Positions 50,520-58,452 of a stretch of DNA of 64,000 bases are shown here, one piece after another. The translations under genes and the position numbers were made by a program. The first letter of the stretch is position 1; each line of letters opens with the position of its first letter. The DNA comes from Bacteroidales bacterium (GTDB lineage Bacteria > Bacteroidota > Bacteroidia > Bacteroidales > UBA3663). The notes beneath the pieces were generated by a model. It worked only from the letters and a program-made list of their open reading frames with translations, was not told the DNA's origin and did not search any database. The stretch spans positions 24,201 through 88,200 of the forward strand of contig JAFYZW010000127.1 of assembly GCA_017548545.1 (NCBI GenBank), written 5' to 3'.

Positions 50520-53399
50520 ATGAATCAACCCATATCCTTTTTTATAAGGGCCATACTTCTTTCGACAGGTATTCTGCTACTTACATCCTGCGGGGAAGAT
50601 AAGGTGGCAAGTTATCGCATCGGTGTTTCACAGTGCAGCGACGATGCTTGGCGCACCAAGCTCAATGAAGAGATGGAGCGCGAACTGCTGTTCTATCCTG
50701 GAGTGACGCTCGAAGTGCGTTCGGCCGATGACGACAACGAACGTCAGGCAAGCGATATCGACTACTTTATCGATCAGAAAGTCAATCTGCTCATCGTTTC
50801 GCCCAATCGTGCTGATTCGCTCACTCCCGCCGTATCGCGGGCCTACGATGCCGGCATCCCCGTCATTGTGGCCGACCGCAAGGTCACGGGTGACAAATAT
50901 ACCGCCTTTGTAGGAGGCGACAACTTCGAGGTGGGTCAACTGCAGGGACAGTATCTGCAAATGGTGTTGCCTGAAGGGGGTGAGGTGCTCGAGCTGCTCG
51001 GACTGATTGGCTCCACGCCCGAGGAACTTCGTCATCAAGGCTTCGAGACATCGATCGGTGAAGTTAGATCCCGCTATCAGATCTATCAGTGCATGGGAGC
51101 CTGGAATCGCCAGCAGGGCGAAGCCGAGGTTGAACGCATGCTGCGTGAACACCCCGGCATCAAGGTCATCCTTGCGCAAAACGACCAGATGGCCATCGGT
51201 GCCAGTCAGGCCGTCGCACGACTTGGCATCGACCATATCCACATCATGGGTGTCGATGGCCTCACGGGTCCCGACAACGGTATCAAAGCCATCATCGGTG
51301 GGCTCATCGACGTTTCGGCAACCTACGCCACAGGCGGCGACATTATCATCCAGACGGCCATGAAGATACTGCGTGGCGAACCATTCGAGCGCGACATCAA
51401 CCTCGAATCATATCTCATCGACCAGGGTACCGCACCACTCATTAATAATATATATAAGGAAGTCAATCATCAGACCGAGACAGTACGAATGCTGCAGGAG
51501 CGCGTCGATTACTTTTGGCAGCAGCACAACCTCGAACGTACGTTGATGGGACTATTGCTCGCCTTCCTCGCGATGTCGCTTATCTTTCTCGTCGTAGTCT
51601 GGCGCAACTATAGCCAGAAGCACCGCCTCAACGAGAGTCTCAATCGTCAAAAGGAGTTGCTTAAGGCGCAGCGCGACCAGTTGGCCGAGAGCAACGTCCA
51701 GCTCCGTAAGCTCAGCGAGCAGGTCGAGGAGGCCACACGAGCCAAGCTCAGGTTCTTCACTAACGTCAGCCACGACTTCCGCACCCCGTTGACACTCATT
51801 GCCGCCCCCCTCGAACAGATCCGTCAGAAGGTCGAAAACGGAGAGATCCGAAAGGATGGCCGTGACGAGGAGGCCAGCCAACTGCTTGGAATGGCACAGA
51901 AGAACGTCAAGGTGCTCCAACGATTGGTCAGCCAGGTGCTCGACTTCCGCAAACTCGAGAGCGGCAAGCTCGAGCTCAACACTGTACCCGTTGATTTGCG
52001 TCAGGCTATCCAGACCAGTATCCAATCCTTCAAGGGACTGGCCTACAAGAAGCATATCCACCTCGAACTCATGGTCGGTGAAGGAGATTTCAGCACCATG
52101 GCCGATGTCCAAAAGCTCGAGCGTGTCTTCTTCAACCTCATGGGCAATGCCTTCAAGTTCACTCCCGAGAATGGCCGCATCACCGCCACCCTTAACCTCG
52201 AACCTCTCGACCCCCTCAAACCTCTTGAACCCCTCAAACCCCTCGAACATATAGTCTTGCAAGTCGCCGACACCGGTCCTGGCATCAACGTGGAGCATAT
52301 TCAACGTATCTTCGAAAACTTTTATCAAGTTGATTCGGCACGTCACGAAGGGTCGGGCATCGGACTTGCAGTAGCCAAGAGCTTCGTCGAGCTTCATGGC
52401 GGCACCATCGAAGTCGAGAATCAGTCCGTTGGCACAGGAGCAATCTTCACCGTCAGGATCCCCAAGGTCGAAGTGCCTGCCGATGCCAGTGTCGCATCTC
52501 CCGAATTGCAGATCGATGCAGCTGCCGTCGATACCGAGCTCGGCGATGCCATCATCGACGAGGAAGTCCCTGCCGACGAGACCCGCCCCGTGGTACTCGT
52601 CATCGACGACAATGCCGACCTCCGCCAGTATATGCAGATGCTGCTTGGTGATCATTATCGCGTCATCACCGCCAACGATGGACAAATGGGCATTGGCAAG
52701 GCTATGCGCACAGTGCCCGATGTCATCATTTGCGACGTGATGATGCCCGTGATGGACGGTATCACCTGTTGCCACAGGTTGAAGCATGAGGTCAACACCA
52801 GCCACATCCCCGTACTGATGCTTACCGCCAATGCCATGGACGAGCAGCGTGTCGAAGGCCTGACCGAAGGCGGTGCCGATGCCTACATGTCGAAACCCTT
52901 CAATCCCGACGTACTCATGGCTCAGCTGCGCACGCTGATCGACAACCGCCACCGCGTGCGCGACTTCTTCGGTTCCTGGAGCGCCGACACCCCTTCAACC
53001 CCCTCAACCTCCTCAAACCTTTCAAACCCCTCAAACCTTTCGAACCCCTCGAACCCTCTCAGAACACCCTCCCTCGACGACAAGTTCCTCGCCAAGGTGC
53101 GCAGCATTATCGAGAAGAATCTTGCCGACTCGGACTTCGGTGTCGAACAATTGGGTGATGAGATCGGCATGAGTCGTGCCCAGCTCTATCGCAAGACCAA
53201 GGCCCTGACCAATTATTCGCCTGTCGAGCTGATTCGCAACATGCGACTCAAGCGCGCACAACAGATGCTTGCTCAGGGCGACGAGACCATCGCGCAGGTC
53301 GCCTACTCCGTCGGTTTCACCGCTCCTAGCTATTTCACCAAGTGTTACAAGGATTATTTTGGCCACATGCCCAACGAATTGGTGAAGAAAAAGGGATGA
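50520..53399 (+). CDS. Hybrid two-component system sensor/regulator with a periplasmic sugar-binding (PBP1) domain, BT1754 (fructose sensor) type
   Basis: Domain order is as follows:
- periplasmic-binding-protein-like domain: YRIGVSQCSDDAWRTKLNEEM ... PVIVADR
- a TM segment
- HisKA: FFTNVSHDFRTPLTLI
- HATPase: NLMGNAFKFT ... DTGPGI ... GSGIGLAV
- REC: VLVIDDNADLR ... DVMMPVMDG ... SKPF
- AraC HTH: QVAYSVGFTAPSYFTKCYKDYFG
Two in-frame 9-bp repeat inserts are present. Confidence 0.9.
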   Translation: MNQPISFFIRAILLSTGILLLTSCGEDKVASYRIGVSQCSDDAWRTKLNEEMERELLFYPGVTLEVRSADDDNERQASDIDYFIDQKVNLLIVSPNRADSLTPAVSRAYDAGIPVIVADRKVTGDKYTAFVGGDNFEVGQLQGQYLQMVLPEGGEVLELLGLIGSTPEELRHQGFETSIGEVRSRYQIYQCMGAWNRQQGEAEVERMLREHPGIKVILAQNDQMAIGASQAVARLGIDHIHIMGVDGLTGPDNGIKAIIGGLIDVSATYATGGDIIIQTAMKILRGEPFERDINLESYLIDQGTAPLINNIYKEVNHQTETVRMLQERVDYFWQQHNLERTLMGLLLAFLAMSLIFLVVVWRNYSQKHRLNESLNRQKELLKAQRDQLAESNVQLRKLSEQVEEATRAKLRFFTNVSHDFRTPLTLIAAPLEQIRQKVENGEIRKDGRDEEASQLLGMAQKNVKVLQRLVSQVLDFRKLESGKLELNTVPVDLRQAIQTSIQSFKGLAYKKHIHLELMVGEGDFSTMADVQKLERVFFNLMGNAFKFTPENGRITATLNLEPLDPLKPLEPLKPLEHIVLQVADTGPGINVEHIQRIFENFYQVDSARHEGSGIGLAVAKSFVELHGGTIEVENQSVGTGAIFTVRIPKVEVPADASVASPELQIDAAAVDTELGDAIIDEEVPADETRPVVLVIDDNADLRQYMQMLLGDHYRVITANDGQMGIGKAMRTVPDVIICDVMMPVMDGITCCHRLKHEVNTSHIPVLMLTANAMDEQRVEGLTEGGADAYMSKPFNPDVLMAQLRTLIDNRHRVRDFFGSWSADTPSTPSTSSNLSNPSNLSNPSNPLRTPSLDDKFLAKVRSIIEKNLADSDFGVEQLGDEIGMSRAQLYRKTKALTNYSPVELIRNMRLKRAQQMLAQGDETIAQVAYSVGFTAPSYFTKCYKDYFGHMPNELVKKKG
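52191..52250 (+). repeat. 9-bp-periodic repeat array, locus E, in frame inside the HATPase domain of the HTCS
   Basis: cttaac ctcgaacct ctcgacccc ctcaaacct cttgaaccc ctcaaaccc ctcgaacat, which translates as LN LEP LDP LKP LEP LKP LEH. Confidence 0.85.
52992..53065 (+). repeat. 9-bp-periodic repeat array, locus F, in frame in the REC-to-HTH linker of the HTCS
   Basis: ccttcaacc ccctcaacc tcctcaaacc tttcaaacc cctcaaacc tttcgaacc cctcgaacc ctctcagaac. It is read as PSTPSTSSNLSNPSNLSNPSNPLR, a different frame from locus E. Confidence 0.85.
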
Positions 53400-53458
53400 A
53401 AAGACATTTTTATCCCCAAATATTGGTTCAAAAATAACACTTTTTGCTCATTTGATAA

Positions 53459-53495
53459 AAGATTTGTTGCAGATCCTCGATTTGCAACAAATCTT
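53459..53495. promoter_or_regulatory. Perfect 13-bp inverted repeat AAGATTTGTTGCA-N11-TGCAACAAATCTT upstream of the fructan-PUL susC promoter (candidate HTCS operator)
   Basis: Seen directly in the sequence. Its centre is about 64 bp upstream of the -7 box at 53541. Confidence 0.5.
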
Positions 53496-53540
53496 CTTTT
53501 TAGTGCATCATTCGTTTCATTGTACGTAGGTAAATACCCG

Positions 53541-53548
53541 TATCTTTG
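53541..53548 (+). promoter_or_regulatory. -7 box TATCTTTG of the fructan-PUL susC operon
   Basis: TATCTTTGCACC. This predicts a roughly 95-nt leader that contains repeat locus G. Confidence 0.6.
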
Positions 53549-53567
53549 CACCGAGAAATCCGAGACC

Positions 53568-53611
53568 CCTCAAACCTTTCGAACCTTTCGAACCCCTCGA
53601 ACCCTTCGAAC
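53568..53611 (+). repeat. 9-bp-periodic repeat array, locus G, in the susC 5' leader
   Basis: cctcaaacc tttcgaacc tttcgaacc cctcgaacc cttcgaac. Confidence 0.85.
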
Positions 53612-53647
53612 TAAACAACCACATTAATAATAAAAAACCAAACGCAA

Positions 53648-56600
53648 ATGAAACGATTCCTTTCACTCGCAGTCATGGTGATCCTCACCACAGTCTTGGC
53701 CATCGGCCAGACATTGACTGTACATGGCACCGTCACCTCTAAGACCGACGGTGAGCCTATCATCGGCGCTTCGGTCTATGTGACCGGTAACTCCACTACT
53801 GGCACGATGACCGACTTCGACGGTAACTTTACCCTCGACGTACCCCAGGGCACTGAGTCAATCACAGTGTCGTACATCGGTTTCCAGACCCAGCAGCTCG
53901 CACCACAGGCACAGATGAACATCGTGCTGAGCGAAGATGCCGAGATGCTCGAAGAATTTGTAGTTGTCGGATATACCGTGCAGCGCAAGGCTGACCTCAC
54001 CGGTGCCGTATCCGTCATGGACATGAAACAGCCCACTTCGGAGGGCAACGCTTCGATGGTCAACTCGATGCAGGGCCGTCTGCCTGGTGTCAATGTCACC
54101 ACCGACGCAGCTCCTGGTGGCGGCGGCTCCACCATCCGAATCCGTGGTATGAGCACCGTCAACTCCACCGACCCACTCTACGTCATCGACGGAGTGCCCA
54201 CCACCGAGAACCTCAACTCTCTCAACCCCTCCGACATCGAAAGCATACAGGTGCTGAAGGATGCAGCCTCCGCTTCCATCTATGGTTCGCGTGCCGCCAA
54301 CGGCGTCATCATCATCACCACCAAGCGTGGCAAGGGCGACCGCCTCACCGTCAATGTGGGCTACAGCGCCTCGATGCAGACCATCGCCCAGAAGTACGAC
54401 CTTCTCGATGCAGCCCAGTGGGGCAAGGTTTATCTGCAGGCCACTTCCAACGACGGCTCCATGCCATCCATCTTGCTCTACGATGCCAGCGGTAACCTCA
54501 ATGCCACAGCCAATGGTTACACTCTGGCCAACAACGACTGGCAGGATGCCATCTACCGCACGGCTTGGACCCACAATACCAGCGCCAGCGTCAGCAACAG
54601 CGGCGAAAAGGGCACCATGATGCTCTCGCTCAACTACATCAACCAGGATGGTATTCAGAAGGAGACCTTCTACCAGCGCTTCAGCGCACGTGTCAACAGC
54701 ACCTACAACATCAACAAGTGGTTCAGCGTAGGCGAGAACCTCATGGTGGCCAAATGGATGCAGAACTACGACAGTTCGCGCGGCGACCGTGGCATCGCAT
54801 CGCTTGCCATGCTGCAGCACCCGGGCATCCCCACCTATCAGCCCGATGGAAAGTTCAGCAGCCCGATGCTCATCGCATCGTCCGACTATGCCAACCCCAT
54901 GCAGAGCCTCTGGAACGCTCGCGACAACTCCAATGAGAACTGGCGCATCTTCGGCAATGCTTACGCCGAATGGAAGCCTGTGAAGGGCCTCACCCTCAAG
55001 TCGAACATCGGTATCGAGCATATCCAGTTCAACAGCTCATCTCTCGGTCGCAAGGCCCTCGAAACCGACGAGAACTCCGTATCTCGCAGCTATGGCCAGG
55101 GTGATACCTGGACTTGGACCAACACCGCAACCTACGTAGGCAACTGGGGCAAACACAACCTCGTTGGCCTGGCAGGTGTCGAGGCTATCGGTTACAAGTA
55201 CGATGGCATGTCGGCCAACCGCAAGGGATTTGCTTTCGAGGACGTGAACTACATGGTTCTCGATGCCGGCGAAGGAACCCAGACCAATGGTGGTGGCAAG
55301 TCCGAATGGGCTCTGTTCAGCTACTTCTTCAAGGCCGACTACAATTATGCCGACCGCTACCTGGCCAGCTTCACCATCCGTCGTGATGCCACCAGCCGCC
55401 TTTACAAGGACAACAACTCGGGTATCTTCCCCGCCTTCACTGCAGCTTGGCGTCCCACTGCCGAGGCCTTCTGGCCGGAGAATGATTTCCTCTCAGACTT
55501 CAAGATCCGTTTCGGTTGGGGACAGAACGGTAACTCGGCCATCTCGAACAACTACGCCTACTGGAGCACCTACGCTTACGATGCCGGCAACTCGTCCTAC
55601 GACCTCAACGGTACCAACACCAACGTGACAACAGGTATCAAGGTGGCCACCACCGGTAACAAGGACCTCAAGTGGGAGACCACCACACAGACCAACGTCG
55701 GCGTGGATGCACAGTTCTTCCGTGGTGCCCTCAGCCTCAGCGCCGACTGGTATGTCAAGAAGACCACCGACATGATCACCATTCCTCCCGTGCTCTCGGT
55801 AGCAGGCGAGAATGCAGCCACCTACCGTAACACCGGCGATATGAAGAACAGCGGTTTCGAGCTCACCCTCGGCTACCACTCTCCCGAATATGGAGGCTTC
55901 AGCTGGGATGCTTCGCTCAACGTGGCCAAGTATAAGAATGAGGTAGTGAAGCTTTCCGACAACGTCAGCTACATCGGATCGGAAATCCGACTCATGGAAG
56001 GCGAGCCAATGGGCGTGTACTACGGCTACGTGACCGACGGCATCTTCCAGACCCAGGATGAAGTGGACAACTATGCTGTGCAGCAAGGCAAGGGCGTAGG
56101 CCGTATCAAGTATCGTGACCTCGATGGCAACGGTATCATCAACGAGTCCGACCAGTGCATCATCGGCGATCCGAATCCCGACTGGACAGGCGGTCTGAAC
56201 CTCGACTTCCACTACAAGGGACTTACGCTGAGCACCTTCTTCACAGGCGAGTTTGGCTTCGACATCTTCAACTCCAACAAGCGTCAGCTCGAATTCATGA
56301 GCTCAGGCAACACCTACACCAACCGTGGTGCCGATATCCTCGAAGCCTGGACTTCCAACAACCCATCGGCTACCATCCCAGCCGTGTCCTTCTCCGACAA
56401 CAACGACGAGAAGCGTATGTCAACCTACTTCGTCGAGGATGGTTCATACGTCAAGATGAAGTACATCAAACTGAGCTATGACCTTCAGCCCAAGCTCTGC
56501 AAGTACATCTCAGCTTCTTCCCTTAACGTCTTTGCCCAGCTCGAGAACGTGTTCACCATCACCGACTACACCGGTCTCGATCCCGAACTCAACCTCGGTG

Positions 56601-56677
56601 GCTATGGCTGCCGCGAAGACAATGGCGCTTATCCACGCTCGCGTACCTTCTCACTTGGTGTAAATGTAACCTTCTAA
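53648..56677 (+). CDS. SusC/RagA-family TonB-dependent transporter (fructan PUL)
   Basis: LTVHGTVTSKTDGEPIIGASVYVTGNSTTGTMTDFDGNFTL, plug IESIQVLKDAASASIYGSRAANGVIIITTK, and terminal SLGVNVTF. Confidence 0.95.
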   Translation: MKRFLSLAVMVILTTVLAIGQTLTVHGTVTSKTDGEPIIGASVYVTGNSTTGTMTDFDGNFTLDVPQGTESITVSYIGFQTQQLAPQAQMNIVLSEDAEMLEEFVVVGYTVQRKADLTGAVSVMDMKQPTSEGNASMVNSMQGRLPGVNVTTDAAPGGGGSTIRIRGMSTVNSTDPLYVIDGVPTTENLNSLNPSDIESIQVLKDAASASIYGSRAANGVIIITTKRGKGDRLTVNVGYSASMQTIAQKYDLLDAAQWGKVYLQATSNDGSMPSILLYDASGNLNATANGYTLANNDWQDAIYRTAWTHNTSASVSNSGEKGTMMLSLNYINQDGIQKETFYQRFSARVNSTYNINKWFSVGENLMVAKWMQNYDSSRGDRGIASLAMLQHPGIPTYQPDGKFSSPMLIASSDYANPMQSLWNARDNSNENWRIFGNAYAEWKPVKGLTLKSNIGIEHIQFNSSSLGRKALETDENSVSRSYGQGDTWTWTNTATYVGNWGKHNLVGLAGVEAIGYKYDGMSANRKGFAFEDVNYMVLDAGEGTQTNGGGKSEWALFSYFFKADYNYADRYLASFTIRRDATSRLYKDNNSGIFPAFTAAWRPTAEAFWPENDFLSDFKIRFGWGQNGNSAISNNYAYWSTYAYDAGNSSYDLNGTNTNVTTGIKVATTGNKDLKWETTTQTNVGVDAQFFRGALSLSADWYVKKTTDMITIPPVLSVAGENAATYRNTGDMKNSGFELTLGYHSPEYGGFSWDASLNVAKYKNEVVKLSDNVSYIGSEIRLMEGEPMGVYYGYVTDGIFQTQDEVDNYAVQQGKGVGRIKYRDLDGNGIINESDQCIIGDPNPDWTGGLNLDFHYKGLTLSTFFTGEFGFDIFNSNKRQLEFMSSGNTYTNRGADILEAWTSNNPSATIPAVSFSDNNDEKRMSTYFVEDGSYVKMKYIKLSYDLQPKLCKYISASSLNVFAQLENVFTITDYTGLDPELNLGGYGCREDNGAYPRSRTFSLGVNVTF

Positions 56678-56692
56678 ATAATCGTCCACATT

Positions 56693-58375
56693 ATGAAAAC
56701 TATATATAAGAATATCGCTGCAGTTCTCTTCTGCTCTGCTTCTCTTTTCCTGGTCGGCTGCGATGACATGCTCGAGACCGAGCCCTACGGACAGTTCACC
56801 GACGAACAGCTCGACGATGATGCCATCGAAGGTCTGATAGCCGCTGCTTACGCTGGCGTCGAGGCTCACTTCTTCGGCAACAACCCCGCCTTCTCCGGTC
56901 CATCCACCAACTGGATCTTCGACGTTCGTTCCGACGATGCCCTGAAGGGTGGCGGTGGTATCTCGATGGAGAGCAACATTCACCAGCTTGAGATCTCGAA
57001 CCTCACTTCGACCAACCCCTCCTGTCTTTACAAGTGGCAGAACAACTACTATGCCATCAGCCGTGTGCACACTGCCATCAATGCAGTGTCGGGCGCATCA
57101 AGCCTCAGCGAGTCAACCAAGGCAACCTACTTCGCCGAACTGAAGTTCCTCCGCGCCTTCTATTACTTCGATCTCTATCGCCTCTTCGAGCGCTTCCCCT
57201 ATTTCACCGAGGAGGATAATGCCAACGAGATTCGTTACGACCGCTACACCCGCGATGAGATGTTCCAGCTGATCGTTGCCGACCTTGAGGAGGCCTACAA
57301 CAACCTGCCTACCTCTCAGCCCGCTGCCGGTCGCGTGAACAAGTATGGCGCTGCTGCCATGTTGGCCCGCGTGAATGCTTACGAGAGCCGTTGGAGCGAG
57401 GTGGCCAATTATGCCAAGACCGTTATCGACAGCAATGTCTATTCGCTCTACGACAATTTCGGCGATATGTCGAAGATCAGTTTCAACAACACCAAGGAGT
57501 CCATCTTTGCACTCCAGTGCTCGAATGTGAACGACAATTCGCACATCAACTGGAGCAACCTTCTCAACGTCACCTACAGCGAAGGCAACCTCTACGGCAA
57601 CGGCGATGACTTCTTCCTGGCTTCGCAGAACCTGGTCAACGCCTTCCGCACCAACCCCGACACTGGTCTGCCATACCTCAACAACGATGCTCCGGCCGAG
57701 AATGTCAGCGAGAACTATTCTGGTTCTGTCGATCCCCGTCTCGACTATACTGTAGGTCGCGTGGGTTACCCATGGCGTGACAATGGTACAGGCGCCTACA
57801 TCTATGGCGATGCCTGGTGCCGTGCCAAGGATGTCTATGGCGAATACAGCGGAAAGAAGTGGTGCATCAGCCCCGACGACCCGATGTGTCTCCACACCTA
57901 TCCCTATTCTTCACCCTTGAACTTCATCTTCATCCGCTATGCCGATGTCATCCTGCTTCGTGCCGAGGCTCTCATCGAGCTGGGCGACAACAGTGGACTC
58001 AACGAGGCCCGCACCCTCATCAACCAGGTTCGTGCCAAGGCTATCCGCACTGCCGATCAGGCTGGTAGTTACACCCCCGTGGATCTCGATGTCAACAAGG
58101 CCGACTACTTCGTGCAGGAGTATCCCGCAAGCGGCTGGACACAGGATTATGCCCGCAAGGCCGTACGCATGGAGCGCCGTCTGGAGCTCGCCATGGAAGG
58201 CCAGCGCTGGTTCGACCTCTGCCGTTGGGGCAATGTGGTTGACGTGATGAACGCCTACTTCCAGTCGGAATCCAAGTTCCACAGCTATTATGGCGAAGCC
58301 TCGATGGATGCCAGCGAGAAGTTCCTCCCCATTCCTTACGATGAGGTCAACAACAGCTACGGTCTCTACGAATAA
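56693..58375 (+). CDS. SusD/RagB-family lipoprotein (fructan PUL)
   Basis: Lipobox LFLVGC, plus FLRAFYYFDLYRLFERFPY and RRLELAMEGQRWFDLCRWG. Confidence 0.95.
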   Translation: MKTIYKNIAAVLFCSASLFLVGCDDMLETEPYGQFTDEQLDDDAIEGLIAAAYAGVEAHFFGNNPAFSGPSTNWIFDVRSDDALKGGGGISMESNIHQLEISNLTSTNPSCLYKWQNNYYAISRVHTAINAVSGASSLSESTKATYFAELKFLRAFYYFDLYRLFERFPYFTEEDNANEIRYDRYTRDEMFQLIVADLEEAYNNLPTSQPAAGRVNKYGAAAMLARVNAYESRWSEVANYAKTVIDSNVYSLYDNFGDMSKISFNNTKESIFALQCSNVNDNSHINWSNLLNVTYSEGNLYGNGDDFFLASQNLVNAFRTNPDTGLPYLNNDAPAENVSENYSGSVDPRLDYTVGRVGYPWRDNGTGAYIYGDAWCRAKDVYGEYSGKKWCISPDDPMCLHTYPYSSPLNFIFIRYADVILLRAEALIELGDNSGLNEARTLINQVRAKAIRTADQAGSYTPVDLDVNKADYFVQEYPASGWTQDYARKAVRMERRLELAMEGQRWFDLCRWGNVVDVMNAYFQSESKFHSYYGEASMDASEKFLPIPYDEVNNSYGLYE

Positions 58376-58380
58376 GAATC

Positions 58381-58425
58381 TCTGTTCTTTCGAATATTCT
58401 GAATACTCTGAATACTCCGATAAAA
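58381..58425. repeat. 9-bp tandem repeat (CTGAATACT type) in the susD|lipoprotein spacer
   Basis: tctgttctt tcgaatatt ctgaatact ctgaatact ccgataaaa. Confidence 0.8.
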
Positions 58426-58452
58426 TAAATCATCCGGTAAATCCCAAAAAAA

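Noticed and set aside
38572-53065. LEPLKPLEP / SNPSNLSNP segments as a functional peptide motif, for example a collagen-like, cell-wall-spanning or sorting repeat.
   Set aside because: The same nucleotide repeat is read in different frames in different genes, occurs antisense, and occurs in untranslated spacers. The host proteins are cytoplasmic enzymes or cytoplasmic sensor domains as well as membrane proteins. A peptide-level explanation does not fit.
53568-53611. The resemblance of GGTTCGAA within the repeat units to the tRNA T-arm (GGTTCGAATCC), suggesting tRNA-derived elements.
   Set aside because: Only the 6-8 nt core matches. There is no acceptor or anticodon-arm remnant, and the arrays are simple tandem 9-mers.
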